Shown: positions 17,186 to 26,800 of the stretch, piece after piece
How the letters are laid out: the number at the start of each line of letters is the position of its first letter
How positions within the stretch are numbered: position 1 is the first letter of the stretch
Origin: Acidimicrobiia bacterium
Lineage (GTDB): Bacteria; Actinomycetota; Acidimicrobiia; IMCC26256; PALSA-610
NCBI GenBank assembly: GCA_038320885.1
Contig: JBBQER010000003.1
Location: 11,794-75,793 of the forward strand
Direction of reading: 5' to 3'
Length of the DNA: 64,000 nt
The notes under the pieces: generated by a model
The model's database searches: none
Seen by the model: the letters and a program-made list of their open reading frames with translations, nothing else
Told to the model about the DNA's origin: nothing
Made by a program: the position numbers and the translations under genes

Positions 17186-18655
17186 TCAGCCCGCCGCCGG
17201 AGCCCACCAGGAGTGCGTGCCGCTCGAGATTCGCTCCGGTAGCCGTACGCGCGCGATCGGACCGGCGGCGATGTCCTTCGCGTCGAGCACGAGACACTCC
17301 GAGCAGTCGCGCGGCATGTCGGTGGTGAACGTCACGAGGTAGCCGTCGTCCTCGTCGACGCTTCCGGCGCGCGGCGCCATCGGCGCTTCGCTGCCGAACA
17401 CCCCGTCACCGAAGGCGTATCTCTGCTCGGCGCCGGTCTGCAGGTCGACCTTGACGATGCCGTCGAAGAGGAACCAGCCGGGTTGCGTCGTCATGTTGTA
17501 GGTGTATCGGTAGGGTCGGCCCGCGAAGTTCTGGTTGATCATCGGAAACTCCATGATCCGATCCGACACCGCGGCTTCCTTGCATTCCCCCGTCGTGAGG
17601 TTCATGCGCCAGCGCTTCAGCACGGTCTGCATCCGGTGGGTATCGATCCCGCGAAAGGCACGACGGTAGGGATCGGTCTCGTCGCCCGGGCCCGGCATCG
17701 GGTCGCGCTGGAAGAAGCCGTCGAGAACGATCTCGTCGCCGTCTTCGTACGCGTTCGCCCAGTGCAGGACGTAGGTGGGGTCGGCCTCGAACCACCGGAT
17801 GTCGGCGGTGTCGCCGCGGCGCGGGATCACGGCGAACCGCGTCGCCAGATCCGGACGGAAGTGCGGAACGTGCGCGCCCTTTTCGAGGAAGTTGGCGTCC
17901 CAGAACAACGGGCAATCGTTGAGGATCGCGTAGTGCTCGGTGAACGCCATGTCGTGCGGGAGGCGGGGACCGGGCAGCGGAACGTCGACCCAGTGCACGA
18001 GGTCGTTCTTCGCGTCGACGACGCCATAGTGCATGAACGGAGCGGTCTTCGCGTAGTTGAACACGAGCATCTCGCCGGTGTTCACGTCGGGCTTCTGGTG
18101 CGCCGAGATCCCCCAGTCACTCGGGAACTTGCCGTTCCACCGCTCGCGACCGAGCTGCTCGAGCGTCTCGGGATCGAAGCCGTAGAGGTCGCCGCACTGG
18201 TAGAACGACGTGAGTGCGCGCCCCGCATGCACGACCACATCGGTGCTCGAGGCGTCCTTCATCCGCGTGCGCGCACCCCAACCGTCGTCCCGGAGCGACT
18301 GATCAGGCGCGCCGAGAATGCCGCTCCACAAGGCGTGCCCGGCGGTTTGCTCGGCGGCGAAGCCTTCCGTGCGTACGAACCGATTCCGATATTCCGCGGC
18401 GCCATTCGAGAAACGGATCATGTGCAGCATGCCGTCGCCGTCGAACGGGTGATACAACCGGTCGATCGACGGGTGCGCGGGATTCTCGGTGTTGCGGAGG
18501 TAGACCCCGCAGAGATCGTCGGGAAGCTCACCGTCGATCTCCAGATCGAACGCGTCGTACTCGACGAAGTTGGGTTGCCAGGCACCCGTGCGGTACGGGT
18601 GGTCGTCGTCGGCCGGCAGGGTCGACGACACGCGTCCGGCGATCTCGACCTTCAC
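17186..18655 (-). CDS. carotenoid oxygenase family protein (carotenoid/stilbene cleavage dioxygenase)
   Basis: GTG preceded by GGGAGG. PYRTGAWQPNFVEYDAFDLEIDGELPDDLCGVYLRNTENP and four spaced His-containing blocks typical of the family. Confidence 0.85.
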   Translation of the reverse strand: MKVEIAGRVSSTLPADDDHPYRTGAWQPNFVEYDAFDLEIDGELPDDLCGVYLRNTENPAHPSIDRLYHPFDGDGMLHMIRFSNGAAEYRNRFVRTEGFAAEQTAGHALWSGILGAPDQSLRDDGWGARTRMKDASSTDVVVHAGRALTSFYQCGDLYGFDPETLEQLGRERWNGKFPSDWGISAHQKPDVNTGEMLVFNYAKTAPFMHYGVVDAKNDLVHWVDVPLPGPRLPHDMAFTEHYAILNDCPLFWDANFLEKGAHVPHFRPDLATRFAVIPRRGDTADIRWFEADPTYVLHWANAYEDGDEIVLDGFFQRDPMPGPGDETDPYRRAFRGIDTHRMQTVLKRWRMNLTTGECKEAAVSDRIMEFPMINQNFAGRPYRYTYNMTTQPGWFLFDGIVKVDLQTGAEQRYAFGDGVFGSEAPMAPRAGSVDEDDGYLVTFTTDMPRDCSECLVLDAKDIAAGPIARVRLPERISSGTHSWWAPAAG

Positions 18656-18772
18656 GATGCCTCCCGGGCTTCGACGACGAAGCTCACGGCGGTCGCCGGG
18701 GCGGCGCCGAGGGTCCAGACGTCTCTCCCGGTCACGTTCACAACACTACGTCGGAGATACAACGAACCTGTC

Positions 18773-19624
18773 CTAGGCGACCGGCACGAACGCAACCTGG
18801 CTGATGCCGGTGGCGAGGAGCTCGGCGCGGCTCGACCAGATTTGGGCGTGCCCACTGGCCAGACCATCGTGGGCGACCGGAGCGTGGGTCTCGTAGTAGA
18901 GCCACTCGGTACCGAGCGCGCGATGGAAATGCACGAACAAGTCGAGCGTGGTCCCAAAGAAGGTTCCGCCGCGTGGCGGACCCCACAGCGCTTGCGCACG
19001 GTCGAAGGCCGCCGGCACCTGCGTGTCGATCGGCACCAGTACGCGAGCGGCCTCGAGAAAGGGATCGTCGTATACGCACCTTGGTGCGTAGCGAACCCAG
19101 CCGGTCAGAGCACGCTTGCCGTCAGCATTGCGCCAGTCGGACTCGTTCGCGCTGGTGCGGTACTCGAGATATGTGAGGTGACCACCCGCATTGCCTCCCT
19201 GTTCGCGGATGACGTCAACGAGGAGAGGAAGATCGTCCGGGTCGGTGAGCGCCGGCACGCGCTCGGGTTCGAATTCGAGTCCGGGTGTGGAATCGACCGC
19301 CCGAACGTCGGCCTCTACGCACAGCTTTTCCCGCTGGGAGACGGCGACATGCAAGAGGTCGCTGGTGCGCCCGCGCCGAAGCGAGGCAACGTCGATCCGG
19401 AGCGGGCCATCGAGCGTGCAGGGCCGTACGAACTGGCAACCGAGCGATGCAGGTCGTAGAGCGCTGGTAACCATGCCGGCAGCGCGCACGACCGCGGCGG
19501 CCAAGTACCCGCCGTACACCGTGCCCGGAGCTCCCTCCCAGCCACGAGGAACATCGAGCGCATAGGAGCCGTCAGTACCGCGCAGGGAAAGATCCGCGCC
19601 AAGATCGACAGGCGGTACCGACAC
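18773..19624 (-). CDS. acyl-CoA thioesterase II-like (double hotdog) protein
   Basis: GTVYGGYLAAAVVRAAG motif. 283 aa. Confidence 0.65.
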   Translation of the reverse strand: MSVPPVDLGADLSLRGTDGSYALDVPRGWEGAPGTVYGGYLAAAVVRAAGMVTSALRPASLGCQFVRPCTLDGPLRIDVASLRRGRTSDLLHVAVSQREKLCVEADVRAVDSTPGLEFEPERVPALTDPDDLPLLVDVIREQGGNAGGHLTYLEYRTSANESDWRNADGKRALTGWVRYAPRCVYDDPFLEAARVLVPIDTQVPAAFDRAQALWGPPRGGTFFGTTLDLFVHFHRALGTEWLYYETHAPVAHDGLASGHAQIWSSRAELLATGISQVAFVPVA

Positions 19625-19630
19625 GACGGC

Positions 19631-19636
19631 ACCCTA
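19631..19636 (-). promoter_or_regulatory. candidate -10 hexamer TAGGGT (minus strand), 6 nt upstream of the GTG at 19624 (leaderless candidate)
   Basis: Plus strand reads ACCCTA. No SD. Confidence 0.3.
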
Positions 19637-19713
19637 CGTCGTACTCAATGCGCGACGCGCCGATGCAATTCTCGATCGCTATTGCAATTGGGAGCCTGGC
19701 TCACCTCCAACAA

Positions 19714-19736
19714 TGCTCACGGACGAACCCTGAGCA
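19714..19736 (-). terminator. hairpin just downstream of the tmRNA 3' end
   Basis: TGCTCA/TGAGCA 6-bp stem with an 11-nt loop, followed on the minus strand by TTGTTGG. Weak U tract. Confidence 0.3.
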
Positions 19737-19740
19737 CTCT

Positions 19741-20093
19741 TGGAGGTGGGGGGAGTCGAACCCCCGTCTCCCGAACTCTAAATGGGACTTCTCCGAGCGC
19801 AGCCGATGATTGGTTTCGGGTGAGCTGCCGGGCATCGGCACTCTGCAGCCACCCAATCCTCGTTTGATGTCCTCGCCGGCCCCGAGGCCTTGCCGGTAAG
19901 TAAGTCACTCTCGATGACGCACCGTCCGAGCGAGTGACGGGCTCGGCGCGGGCGAGCTACCTAATTACTTAGGCAGCTAGTGCCATGCTGTTGTTGTTGG
20001 CATGTATTGGTTTTGCCGGCTCTTTCACGACGATCCGGCGACGTCGGCTCGCTTCTCCCACCTCGATCCCCGAGATCGAAGCCACGCACCCCC
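19741..20093 (-). ncRNA. ssrA: tmRNA (transfer-messenger RNA)
   Basis: Minus strand 5' end GGGGGTGCGTGGCTTCGATCTCGGGGATCGAGG. 3' end GGGGGTTCGACTCCCCCCACCTCCA, a T-arm plus acceptor stem with a G3:U pair. CCA is not encoded. Internal tag ORF GCC AAC AAC AAC AGC ATG GCA CTA GCT GCC TAA gives ANNNSMALAA. Confidence 0.92.
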
Positions 20094-20180
20094 ATGTCAA
20101 TCCTCTTCGACGAGTGCTCGCAATGAGTTCTCGCGCGGGCCCGGTGCGTGAGCGGTAGGCCCGTGAAGAGGTCTTCATTC

Positions 20181-20186
20181 TACAGT
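20181..20186 (+). promoter_or_regulatory. candidate -10 hexamer TACAGT, 7 nt upstream of the ATG at 20194 (leaderless candidate)
   Basis: TAnnnT hexamer, no SD. Confidence 0.35.
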
Positions 20187-20193
20187 CCTGCGG

Positions 20194-21447
20194 ATGCGTC
20201 CCCATCCCCGGGTCGTGATCGTCGGAGCCGGATTCGGCGGTCTGCAGTGCGCGAAGGCCCTGCGCGACCAGCCGGTCGACGTCGTGCTCGTCGACAAGCA
20301 GAACTACCACCTCTTCACGCCGCTGCTGTACCAGGTCGCGAGCTGCCTGCTGGCGCCGTCGGAGATCACGGCGCCGTTGCGCAAGGTGCTGAGCGGCGCG
20401 CCGAACGTCCGCTACCGCAAGGGTGAGGTCGTCGACGTCGACTTCACGCAGCAACACGTCCGCCTCGCCGACGGTGCCGTGCTCGAATACGACCACGTCG
20501 TGCTCGCAACGGGCAGCGTTACCAACTTCTACGGCAACGCGGCGATCGAAGCACGCGCGCTCGGGCTCAAGGATCTGGGCGAGGCGCTGCAGCTTCGCAA
20601 CCACGTGCTCGACTGCCTCGAGCGCGCGGCCGCCGCGACGGATCCCGCCGAGCGCGAGCGGTTGCTCACGTTCTGCATCGTCGGCGGCGGTCCGACGGGC
20701 GTGGAATACGCGGGTGCGCTGGCCGAGCTCGCGCGGCTCGTGCTGCCGCGCGAATACCCCGAGCTGCGTCCGCACGAGTTCCGCATCATCCTCCTCGAAG
20801 GCGGCGACCGCGTGCTGCCGACGTTCAAGCGCCGCCTCTCGGCGTACGGACGCCGCGAGCTCGAACGGCGCGGCGTCGACGTGCGCACGGACCTCCTGGT
20901 CGCGTCGGTCGACGACGCCGGCGTCGTGACCCGCGACGGCTCCGAGTTCCGAACCGCGACGTTGGTGTGGACGGCAGGAGTGCAGCCGTCGTCGGTGCCA
21001 CTGCATCCCGGTGTCAAGCACACCGACACGCACCGCATCGCCGTCGACGATCACCTGCGCATCCTCGGCGTCGAGCACGCGCATGCGATCGGCGACGTCG
21101 CCGCCGAGCCCGACCACAAGGGCCAGCCGCTGCCGATGCTGGCGACGGCCGCCATGCAGGCCGGCCGGTATGTCGCCCGCCAGATCACCAGGGGCGAGCC
21201 CGGCCGCCGGTTCCGCTACTTCAACAAGGGCACGATGGCCACGATCGGCCGGCGCGCCGCGGTGGCGCAGATCGGCCCGATCCAGTTCACCGGGTTCATC
21301 GGCTGGGTCGCGTGGCTCGTCGTGCACCTCTACTACCTGATCGGGTTCGAGAACCGTCTGCGCGTGCTCGTGCGCTGGGGCTGGTACTACGTCCGTCTCG
21401 ACCGGCCCGTCCGCTCGGTCCTGCGGGCCAACCCGCCCCGGGAATGA
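20194..21447 (+). CDS. ndh: type II NADH dehydrogenase (NDH-2)
   Basis: RVVIVGAGFGGL...VDKQNYHLFTPLLYQVA and a second dinucleotide fold FCIVGGGPTGVEYAG. Confidence 0.85.
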   Translation: MRPHPRVVIVGAGFGGLQCAKALRDQPVDVVLVDKQNYHLFTPLLYQVASCLLAPSEITAPLRKVLSGAPNVRYRKGEVVDVDFTQQHVRLADGAVLEYDHVVLATGSVTNFYGNAAIEARALGLKDLGEALQLRNHVLDCLERAAAATDPAERERLLTFCIVGGGPTGVEYAGALAELARLVLPREYPELRPHEFRIILLEGGDRVLPTFKRRLSAYGRRELERRGVDVRTDLLVASVDDAGVVTRDGSEFRTATLVWTAGVQPSSVPLHPGVKHTDTHRIAVDDHLRILGVEHAHAIGDVAAEPDHKGQPLPMLATAAMQAGRYVARQITRGEPGRRFRYFNKGTMATIGRRAAVAQIGPIQFTGFIGWVAWLVVHLYYLIGFENRLRVLVRWGWYYVRLDRPVRSVLRANPPRE

Positions 21448-21503
21448 CCTCGGTGGCCCTGCCGTTGGACCTTGTTCTGCCGTCTCTCGTGCAAGGAGAA
21501 ATC

Positions 21504-21878
21504 ATGGCCACCGTCGAGCTCACCAAGGACAATCTCGACGCGACAGTCACCGACAACGACGTCGTGCTCGTCGACTTCTGGGCGAGCTGGTGCGGTCCGT
21601 GCCGGCAGTTCGGGCCCGTGTTCGAACAGGCCGCGGCCGACAACCCGGATCTCGTGTTCGGCAAGGTCGACACCGAGGCGCAGCCGGAGCTCGGCGCCGC
21701 GTTCAACGTCATGTCGATCCCGACACTGATGATCTTCCGCGAGCAGGTACTGATCTTCTCCCAGCCGGGTGCTCTGCCTGCCGCGGTGTTGACGGATCTC
21801 ATCGAGAAGGTGCGGGCGCTCGACATGAAAGTTGGGCACGCCGAGATCGCGAAGCAGCAGGCCGACGCGACCGCGTGA
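21504..21878 (+). CDS. trxA: thioredoxin
   Basis: AAGGAG RBS. WASWCGPCRQ active site. 124 aa. Confidence 0.9.
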   Translation: MATVELTKDNLDATVTDNDVVLVDFWASWCGPCRQFGPVFEQAAADNPDLVFGKVDTEAQPELGAAFNVMSIPTLMIFREQVLIFSQPGALPAAVLTDLIEKVRALDMKVGHAEIAKQQADATA

Positions 21879-21911
21879 GTCTTGAGTCCGCTTTCGACGG
21901 ACCGAGCCCAA

Positions 21912-21917
21912 TAGCCT
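21912..21917 (+). promoter_or_regulatory. candidate -10 hexamer TAGCCT, 7 nt upstream of the ATG at 21925 (leaderless candidate)
   Basis: TAnnnT hexamer, no SD. Confidence 0.3.
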
Positions 21918-21924
21918 GACCGGC

Positions 21925-24102
21925 ATGCTTCGACGCCTTGCCGCTTCCTGCTACCGCCACCGCTGGCGGGTCCTGATTCTCTGGATCGTGCTGCTCGTCG
22001 GCGTGAACGTGCTCGCGCAGACCGTCGGCGGCGATCTGCTCAAGACGTTCGACGTGCCGGGGAGTGAGTCGGGACGGGCGTTCAGCGTTCTCAGTAAGGA
22101 CTTCGCGCGCAAGGGCGACACGGGCGATCTGGTGTTCAAGGACAAGGGGCCCGGCACCGTCACCTCACCGAAGGTGAAGGCCGCGATCGATTCGCTGCTC
22201 GCCGAGCTGCGCAAGCAGCCGCACGTGAAGTCGGTCGCGTCTCCCTACGACCCGCAGAACGCGCGGTTCCTCTCGAGCAAGGGAAAGATCGCGTACGCCG
22301 AGATCCTCTTCGACGTGCAGGCCAACGACGTGCCGATCAACCTCGCGACCCACATGCGCGGTCTCGTGAGCAAAGCGAACTCGGCCGACGTGCAGATCGA
22401 GCTCGGCGGCTCGATGTTCGTCGATCAGACCCAACCGGCGAGTGAGGGGATCGGGATCGCCGCGGCCATCCTGATCCTGCTGCTCGCCTTCGGCTCGCTG
22501 CTCGCGATGGGTCTCCCCATCATGACCGCGCTGTTCGGAATCGGTATCGGCCTCGCCACCGTCACACTGCTCGCGCGCGTGCTCGACATTCCGTCCTTCG
22601 CGCCGCAGGTAACTGCCATGATCGGTATCGGCGTCGGTATCGACTACGCGCTGTTCATCAGCACCCGCTACCGCGAGGCGTTGCACGAAGGCGCCGATCC
22701 CGAACGCGCCGTCGTGCATGCCATCGACACCAGTGGCCGGGCGGTGCTCTTCGCCGGTGGCACGGTTGTCATCTCGTTGCTCGGATTGTTCGTGATCGGC
22801 GTGTCGTTCATTCGGGGCCTGGCGATCGGTGCTTCGCTCGCGGTGCTGTTCGTTATGGGCGCGGCGGTCACGCTGCTGCCTGCGGTGCTCGGATTCGTCG
22901 GCCACACGATCGACAAGTTCGCGTTGCCGAGCGCCAAGCGGAAGCGCGCGGTCGAGGGCAGCTTCTGGACCCGTTGGAGCCAGACGCTCCAAGGCCGGGC
23001 TTGGCCCGCGGCCATCGGCGGTCTCCTGCTCCTCCTGGTCCTCGCGTTGCCCTTCTTCTCGATGCGGCTCGGCATCGCCGACTCGGGCAACGACCCGACG
23101 AAGTTCACGACCCGGCGCGCGTACGATCTCCTCTCGGAGGGGTTCGGGCCGGGTATCAATGGCCCACTCCTGATCGCCGGGAACGCCAAGCTGTCGGACC
23201 TCGCCACCGTCAACACGCTCCACGATGCGATCGCGAAGGATCCCGACGTCTTCCAGGTGAGCCCGGTGATTCCGAGCCCGAAGGGCGTCGGCGCGCTGAT
23301 CCAGGTCGTGCCGAAGGGCTCGCCCCAGGACGAGAGCACGACGCAGCTCGTCCACCGGCTCCGAGACGACGTCATCCCGAACGCGACCCGCGGCACCGGC
23401 CTCGACATGCACGTCGGCAGCCAGACCGCGGTCGGCGTCGACCTCGCCGATCTCCAGGGCCAGCGGCTTCCTTACATGTTCCTCGTGATCCTGTTCATGA
23501 GCTTCATCCTGTTGATGCTCGTGTTCCGATCGCTGCTCGTGCCGCTCAAAGCCGTGATCATGAACCTGCTCTCGATCGGCGCCGCTTACGGCGTGATCGT
23601 CGCGATCTTCCAGTGGGGTTGGCTCAAGAGCTTCGTGGGCATCGGGAAGGAAGGGCCGATCGAGGCCTGGATTCCGATGATGCTGTTCGCGATCGTGTTC
23701 GGCCTCTCGATGGACTACGAGGTGTTCCTCCTCAGTCGCATCAAGGAGGAGTACGACCAGCACGGTGACAACTCGCTCGCGGTCGCGCACGGGCTGGCCA
23801 AGACCGCGCGCCTCATCACCGCCGCGGCCGCGATCATGATCTGCGTCTTTGGCAGCTTCGTGCTCTCGGATCTGCGCGTGCTCAAGTTGATCGGCTTCGG
23901 GCTCGCGTTCGCAGTGCTCGTCGACGCGACGCTGGTGCGGCTCGTGCTCGTGCCGGCGACGATGGAGCTGCTCGGCGACCGCAACTGGTATCTGCCGAAG
24001 TGGCTCGAATGGCTGCCGCGGGTGAACGTGGAGGGCGACGTCGAGGACTTCTCGAACCTGCAGACCGAGGAGCGACAGCCGGCGCCCGCTATCGGGAGCT
24101 AG
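21925..24102 (+). CDS. MMPL family (RND superfamily) transporter
   Basis: 725 aa with two 6-TM bundles and two soluble loops. MMPL-type N-terminus CYRHRWRVLILWIVLLVG. Confidence 0.85.
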   Translation: MLRRLAASCYRHRWRVLILWIVLLVGVNVLAQTVGGDLLKTFDVPGSESGRAFSVLSKDFARKGDTGDLVFKDKGPGTVTSPKVKAAIDSLLAELRKQPHVKSVASPYDPQNARFLSSKGKIAYAEILFDVQANDVPINLATHMRGLVSKANSADVQIELGGSMFVDQTQPASEGIGIAAAILILLLAFGSLLAMGLPIMTALFGIGIGLATVTLLARVLDIPSFAPQVTAMIGIGVGIDYALFISTRYREALHEGADPERAVVHAIDTSGRAVLFAGGTVVISLLGLFVIGVSFIRGLAIGASLAVLFVMGAAVTLLPAVLGFVGHTIDKFALPSAKRKRAVEGSFWTRWSQTLQGRAWPAAIGGLLLLLVLALPFFSMRLGIADSGNDPTKFTTRRAYDLLSEGFGPGINGPLLIAGNAKLSDLATVNTLHDAIAKDPDVFQVSPVIPSPKGVGALIQVVPKGSPQDESTTQLVHRLRDDVIPNATRGTGLDMHVGSQTAVGVDLADLQGQRLPYMFLVILFMSFILLMLVFRSLLVPLKAVIMNLLSIGAAYGVIVAIFQWGWLKSFVGIGKEGPIEAWIPMMLFAIVFGLSMDYEVFLLSRIKEEYDQHGDNSLAVAHGLAKTARLITAAAAIMICVFGSFVLSDLRVLKLIGFGLAFAVLVDATLVRLVLVPATMELLGDRNWYLPKWLEWLPRVNVEGDVEDFSNLQTEERQPAPAIGS

Positions 24103-24193
24103 GTGACTCGGGCGATGAGTCCCGAACGCGATGCGTTCCATGGTGACGTGGCCTAGCGTGTCGGCGGAAAGCGGCCGCTGTAGTCGGAGAGCC

Positions 24194-24849
24194 ATGATGG
24201 ATCAGCAGCCCGAACCGGGCGCCCCGCGCTTCCAACCGCCCGGGGCTCTCCAGTTCGAGCCCGCTGCTTGCCCAGTTTGCGACGGAACCGAGGTCGGCAA
24301 GCGTTTGGAAAAGGCCGTGCAAGGTGTCGAGATGCCTTTCGGTATCTGCACGAACTGCGCCACGCTCTATGCGAATCCCAGACTTACGGTCGATTCTCTC
24401 CGCATGCTTTACAGTTCCGAAGAATTCTTCGAGGGTACGACGTGATCGCGTCGTGGGGCGTCATGACGATCATTCGCCATCCCCGGGCGACGATGGCGAA
24501 GTTTCACGCCGCTCTGAAGCCGGGCGGTCTTTGGGCGTTCAACCCCTACGACAACCGGTCGCTCCGGGGCCGAGCGTTTGGAGCGAGGTGGTACATCCTC
24601 GTCCCCAACACCGGCCAGATCCACAAGGACAGGACCCTGCGGAGACTTGTCGACGAGGCGGGCTTCGATCTGGTCGCGCGGCTCCGCGATCGCCCCGACG
24701 CGAGCTTCGAGCGCCTTGCCTTCGTCTTGTTGTCGCACATCAGCCACTGCAGTTGTGACAAGTTCTTCGAGCGTGTGCATTTCCTGAACCGCATCATCGT
24801 CCCGCTGCGCGCGCCCGACGCGTTTGAGTACACGTGCGTCAAGCGGTGA
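24194..24849 (+). pseudogene. SAM-dependent methyltransferase pseudogene (paralog of 33107-34039 with the Rossmann core deleted)
   Basis: N-terminal Zn-ribbon part (CPVCDG...CTNCATLYANPRL) runs into TGA at 24443-24445. The C-terminal part continues in another frame (DVIASWGVMTIIR...). By manual alignment about 280 nt (33347-33626 of the intact copy) are missing at about 24436. Confidence 0.75.
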
Positions 24850-26699
24850 GTGCCGAGACGACCGCTGCAGCACGAGTCCGCACGGCAACGTTCTCTGTCG
24901 TGGCATTCGGCGTTCTGCTCGCGGTTGCGTTCTTTCCGATGGCTTTCTCGAAACTGTCTCTCGTCGATGATGACGGGGCGCTGCTCGCCACGCTGAACGA
25001 ATTCCTGAAGCACGGAAGTCTCTACGACCACACGCACGGTGCCTACGGCCCGTTCTACTACTCGTTCATGGGGCTCATGTATCGGCTGACCGGACAGGAA
25101 CCCACGCTGTTCGGCGCGCGGCTTCTCGCGCTGGCGTTCACTACCGCGGCAGCCGCCATGTTCGCGGCGACGGTGTGGCGCGTGACGCGAAGTCTCGCGT
25201 TCACCCTCCTGGCGGAGGCGGTGACCTTCGCCATGCTTATCGAGGTCGCCGGCGGGGTGCCGAGCCATCCGGGACCGTTGATCGTGCTCGTCGTCTCGAT
25301 ACTGGTGTTCGCACTCGCGAGTTACGCCCTCGACCAACGCACTGTGTTCCTCGTGTGGGCGGGGTTTGCCGTCGGTGCGCTGCTGATGACCAAGATCAAT
25401 GTCGGCCTCCTCGCTGCGACGGCTGTGGCCGTCGGGTTCGTGGTCGGAAATCGGGCCTACCCCAAGGCATGGCGCGCGATCACGGCCACCGCCGCGGTGC
25501 TCTTTCCGTTCGCGTTGATGTTTCAACGGTTGTACCTGATCTCGATTGCCGAGTTCGGTCTTCTCGTCAGCGTCGGATTGCTGCTCTCGTACGCGCCGAT
25601 GCATGTCGACGAGATAGCGCTTCGCCGGCGAGCACTCGGAACGGTCGCAGTCGCAGCGATCGTGCCGATGGTTGCGTCGGCGCTCTGGCCGCTCCTGCAC
25701 GGAACGAGCCCGGGCGCGCTCTTCCGGGCACTTGTGATTCAACCGCTCGGGCAAGCTGATAATTTCACGGCTGAGCCCGGAATCGACTTCGTGTGGCTCG
25801 CGTTCGTCAGCACGGTCGGGATCGCCTACGTCGCCGTCGCGAAGAAGAACGAAGACGGCGAGCCGACACTCTTCGGCAATTCTTGGGTCCCCAACGTCGC
25901 CTTCGGCCTCGCCGCGTTGTATGTCCTCGGACTAGGAACGGTAGGTGGCGTCCGGACCAACTCTCTTGCGTGGCTTCCGGCGATCGCAATGATCCCGGCG
26001 CTCGCGTGGCTTACGGCGGTGCCGGCGAAGATCCGGCTCGTGCTCAGGTTCCTCGTTCCCGTAGCCATCCTTCAGATGCTGCACGCGTATCCCGTTGCCG
26101 GATTGCAGCGAGCGTGGGGTGCGGTCGCGATGTGCGTTCCCTGTGTGATCGCCATTGCGATTGCAACGGAGCGATTGCCCTTGTGGCTGGCTGCCGGCCG
26201 AGCAGAGCGTGCCGCCCTCGTGGGCGCGCTAGGTGTTGTGCTCGTCCTCACCGCGTCGGTTTCGCCGATCGCCGCGTGGCATGACTACGAGCAGGCGACG
26301 CCGCTTCGATTGCCGGGTGCACGCCTAATCCGCGTGGGCGCGTCGGAGGTAGTGACGCTGACGCGTCTGACACAGGTCGTCAAGCGGGACTGCGACACCT
26401 TTTACGCTGCGCCGGGTCTGGGCAGCCTCTACTTTTTCACGAAACTCCCCGCGCCGACCGGCCATCTTGCGAACTGGCCGGGAGTGCTCAACGAGAGAGA
26501 ACAGCGAGACGTTGCCGCGGACCTCGCGCGGCTCTCGTCGAGCGGCAAGCGGGTCTGTATCGTCCGTGACCTGCACCGCCAGAAAGAATGGCTGCAGAGC
26601 TCGTACGGAAAAGGACCGTTGGGTAAATCTCTGGCGCGATACCGAGCGCCTCTCGCTGTTGTCGGTCACTTCTCCGTTTCGGGAGAGGGCCGCGCGTAG
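24846..26699 (+). CDS. polytopic membrane protein, candidate GT-C-fold (ArnT/PMT-like) glycosyltransferase, copy A
   Basis: GTGA overlap with the upstream stop. More than 10 TM segments, acidic first-loop motif LVDDDGAL, C-terminal soluble domain. Roughly two-thirds identical by eye to 34036-35904. Confidence 0.55.
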   Translation: MSAETTAAARVRTATFSVVAFGVLLAVAFFPMAFSKLSLVDDDGALLATLNEFLKHGSLYDHTHGAYGPFYYSFMGLMYRLTGQEPTLFGARLLALAFTTAAAAMFAATVWRVTRSLAFTLLAEAVTFAMLIEVAGGVPSHPGPLIVLVVSILVFALASYALDQRTVFLVWAGFAVGALLMTKINVGLLAATAVAVGFVVGNRAYPKAWRAITATAAVLFPFALMFQRLYLISIAEFGLLVSVGLLLSYAPMHVDEIALRRRALGTVAVAAIVPMVASALWPLLHGTSPGALFRALVIQPLGQADNFTAEPGIDFVWLAFVSTVGIAYVAVAKKNEDGEPTLFGNSWVPNVAFGLAALYVLGLGTVGGVRTNSLAWLPAIAMIPALAWLTAVPAKIRLVLRFLVPVAILQMLHAYPVAGLQRAWGAVAMCVPCVIAIAIATERLPLWLAAGRAERAALVGALGVVLVLTASVSPIAAWHDYEQATPLRLPGARLIRVGASEVVTLTRLTQVVKRDCDTFYAAPGLGSLYFFTKLPAPTGHLANWPGVLNEREQRDVAADLARLSSSGKRVCIVRDLHRQKEWLQSSYGKGPLGKSLARYRAPLAVVGHFSVSGEGRA

Positions 26700-26800
26700 G
26701 CTCTCAGCGTGAAGGACGAGCCGCGCAACGATCGCGGGCGCGAGCCGATGAAGGAGGTAGCGGCCGCCATAGCCCGAGCCGGCGCTCGGTACCTGAGGGA

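Noticed and set aside
19265-19282. tRNA-like T-arm string gggttcgaattcgagtcc.
   Set aside because: It lies inside the thioesterase-like CDS and has no acceptor or anticodon arms around it.
20094-20193. Defined tmRNA promoter in the ssrA-ndh intergenic region (TTGCGA...TTGACAT on the minus strand).
   Set aside because: The TTGACA abuts the mature 5' end and no convincing -10 follows. It cannot be placed without TSS data.
19969-21327. 452-aa minus-strand ORF ending ...ANNNSMALAA.
   Set aside because: Its last 10 codons are the tmRNA tag reading frame. The rest runs through the tmRNA 5' half and antisense to ndh. It is not a protein gene.
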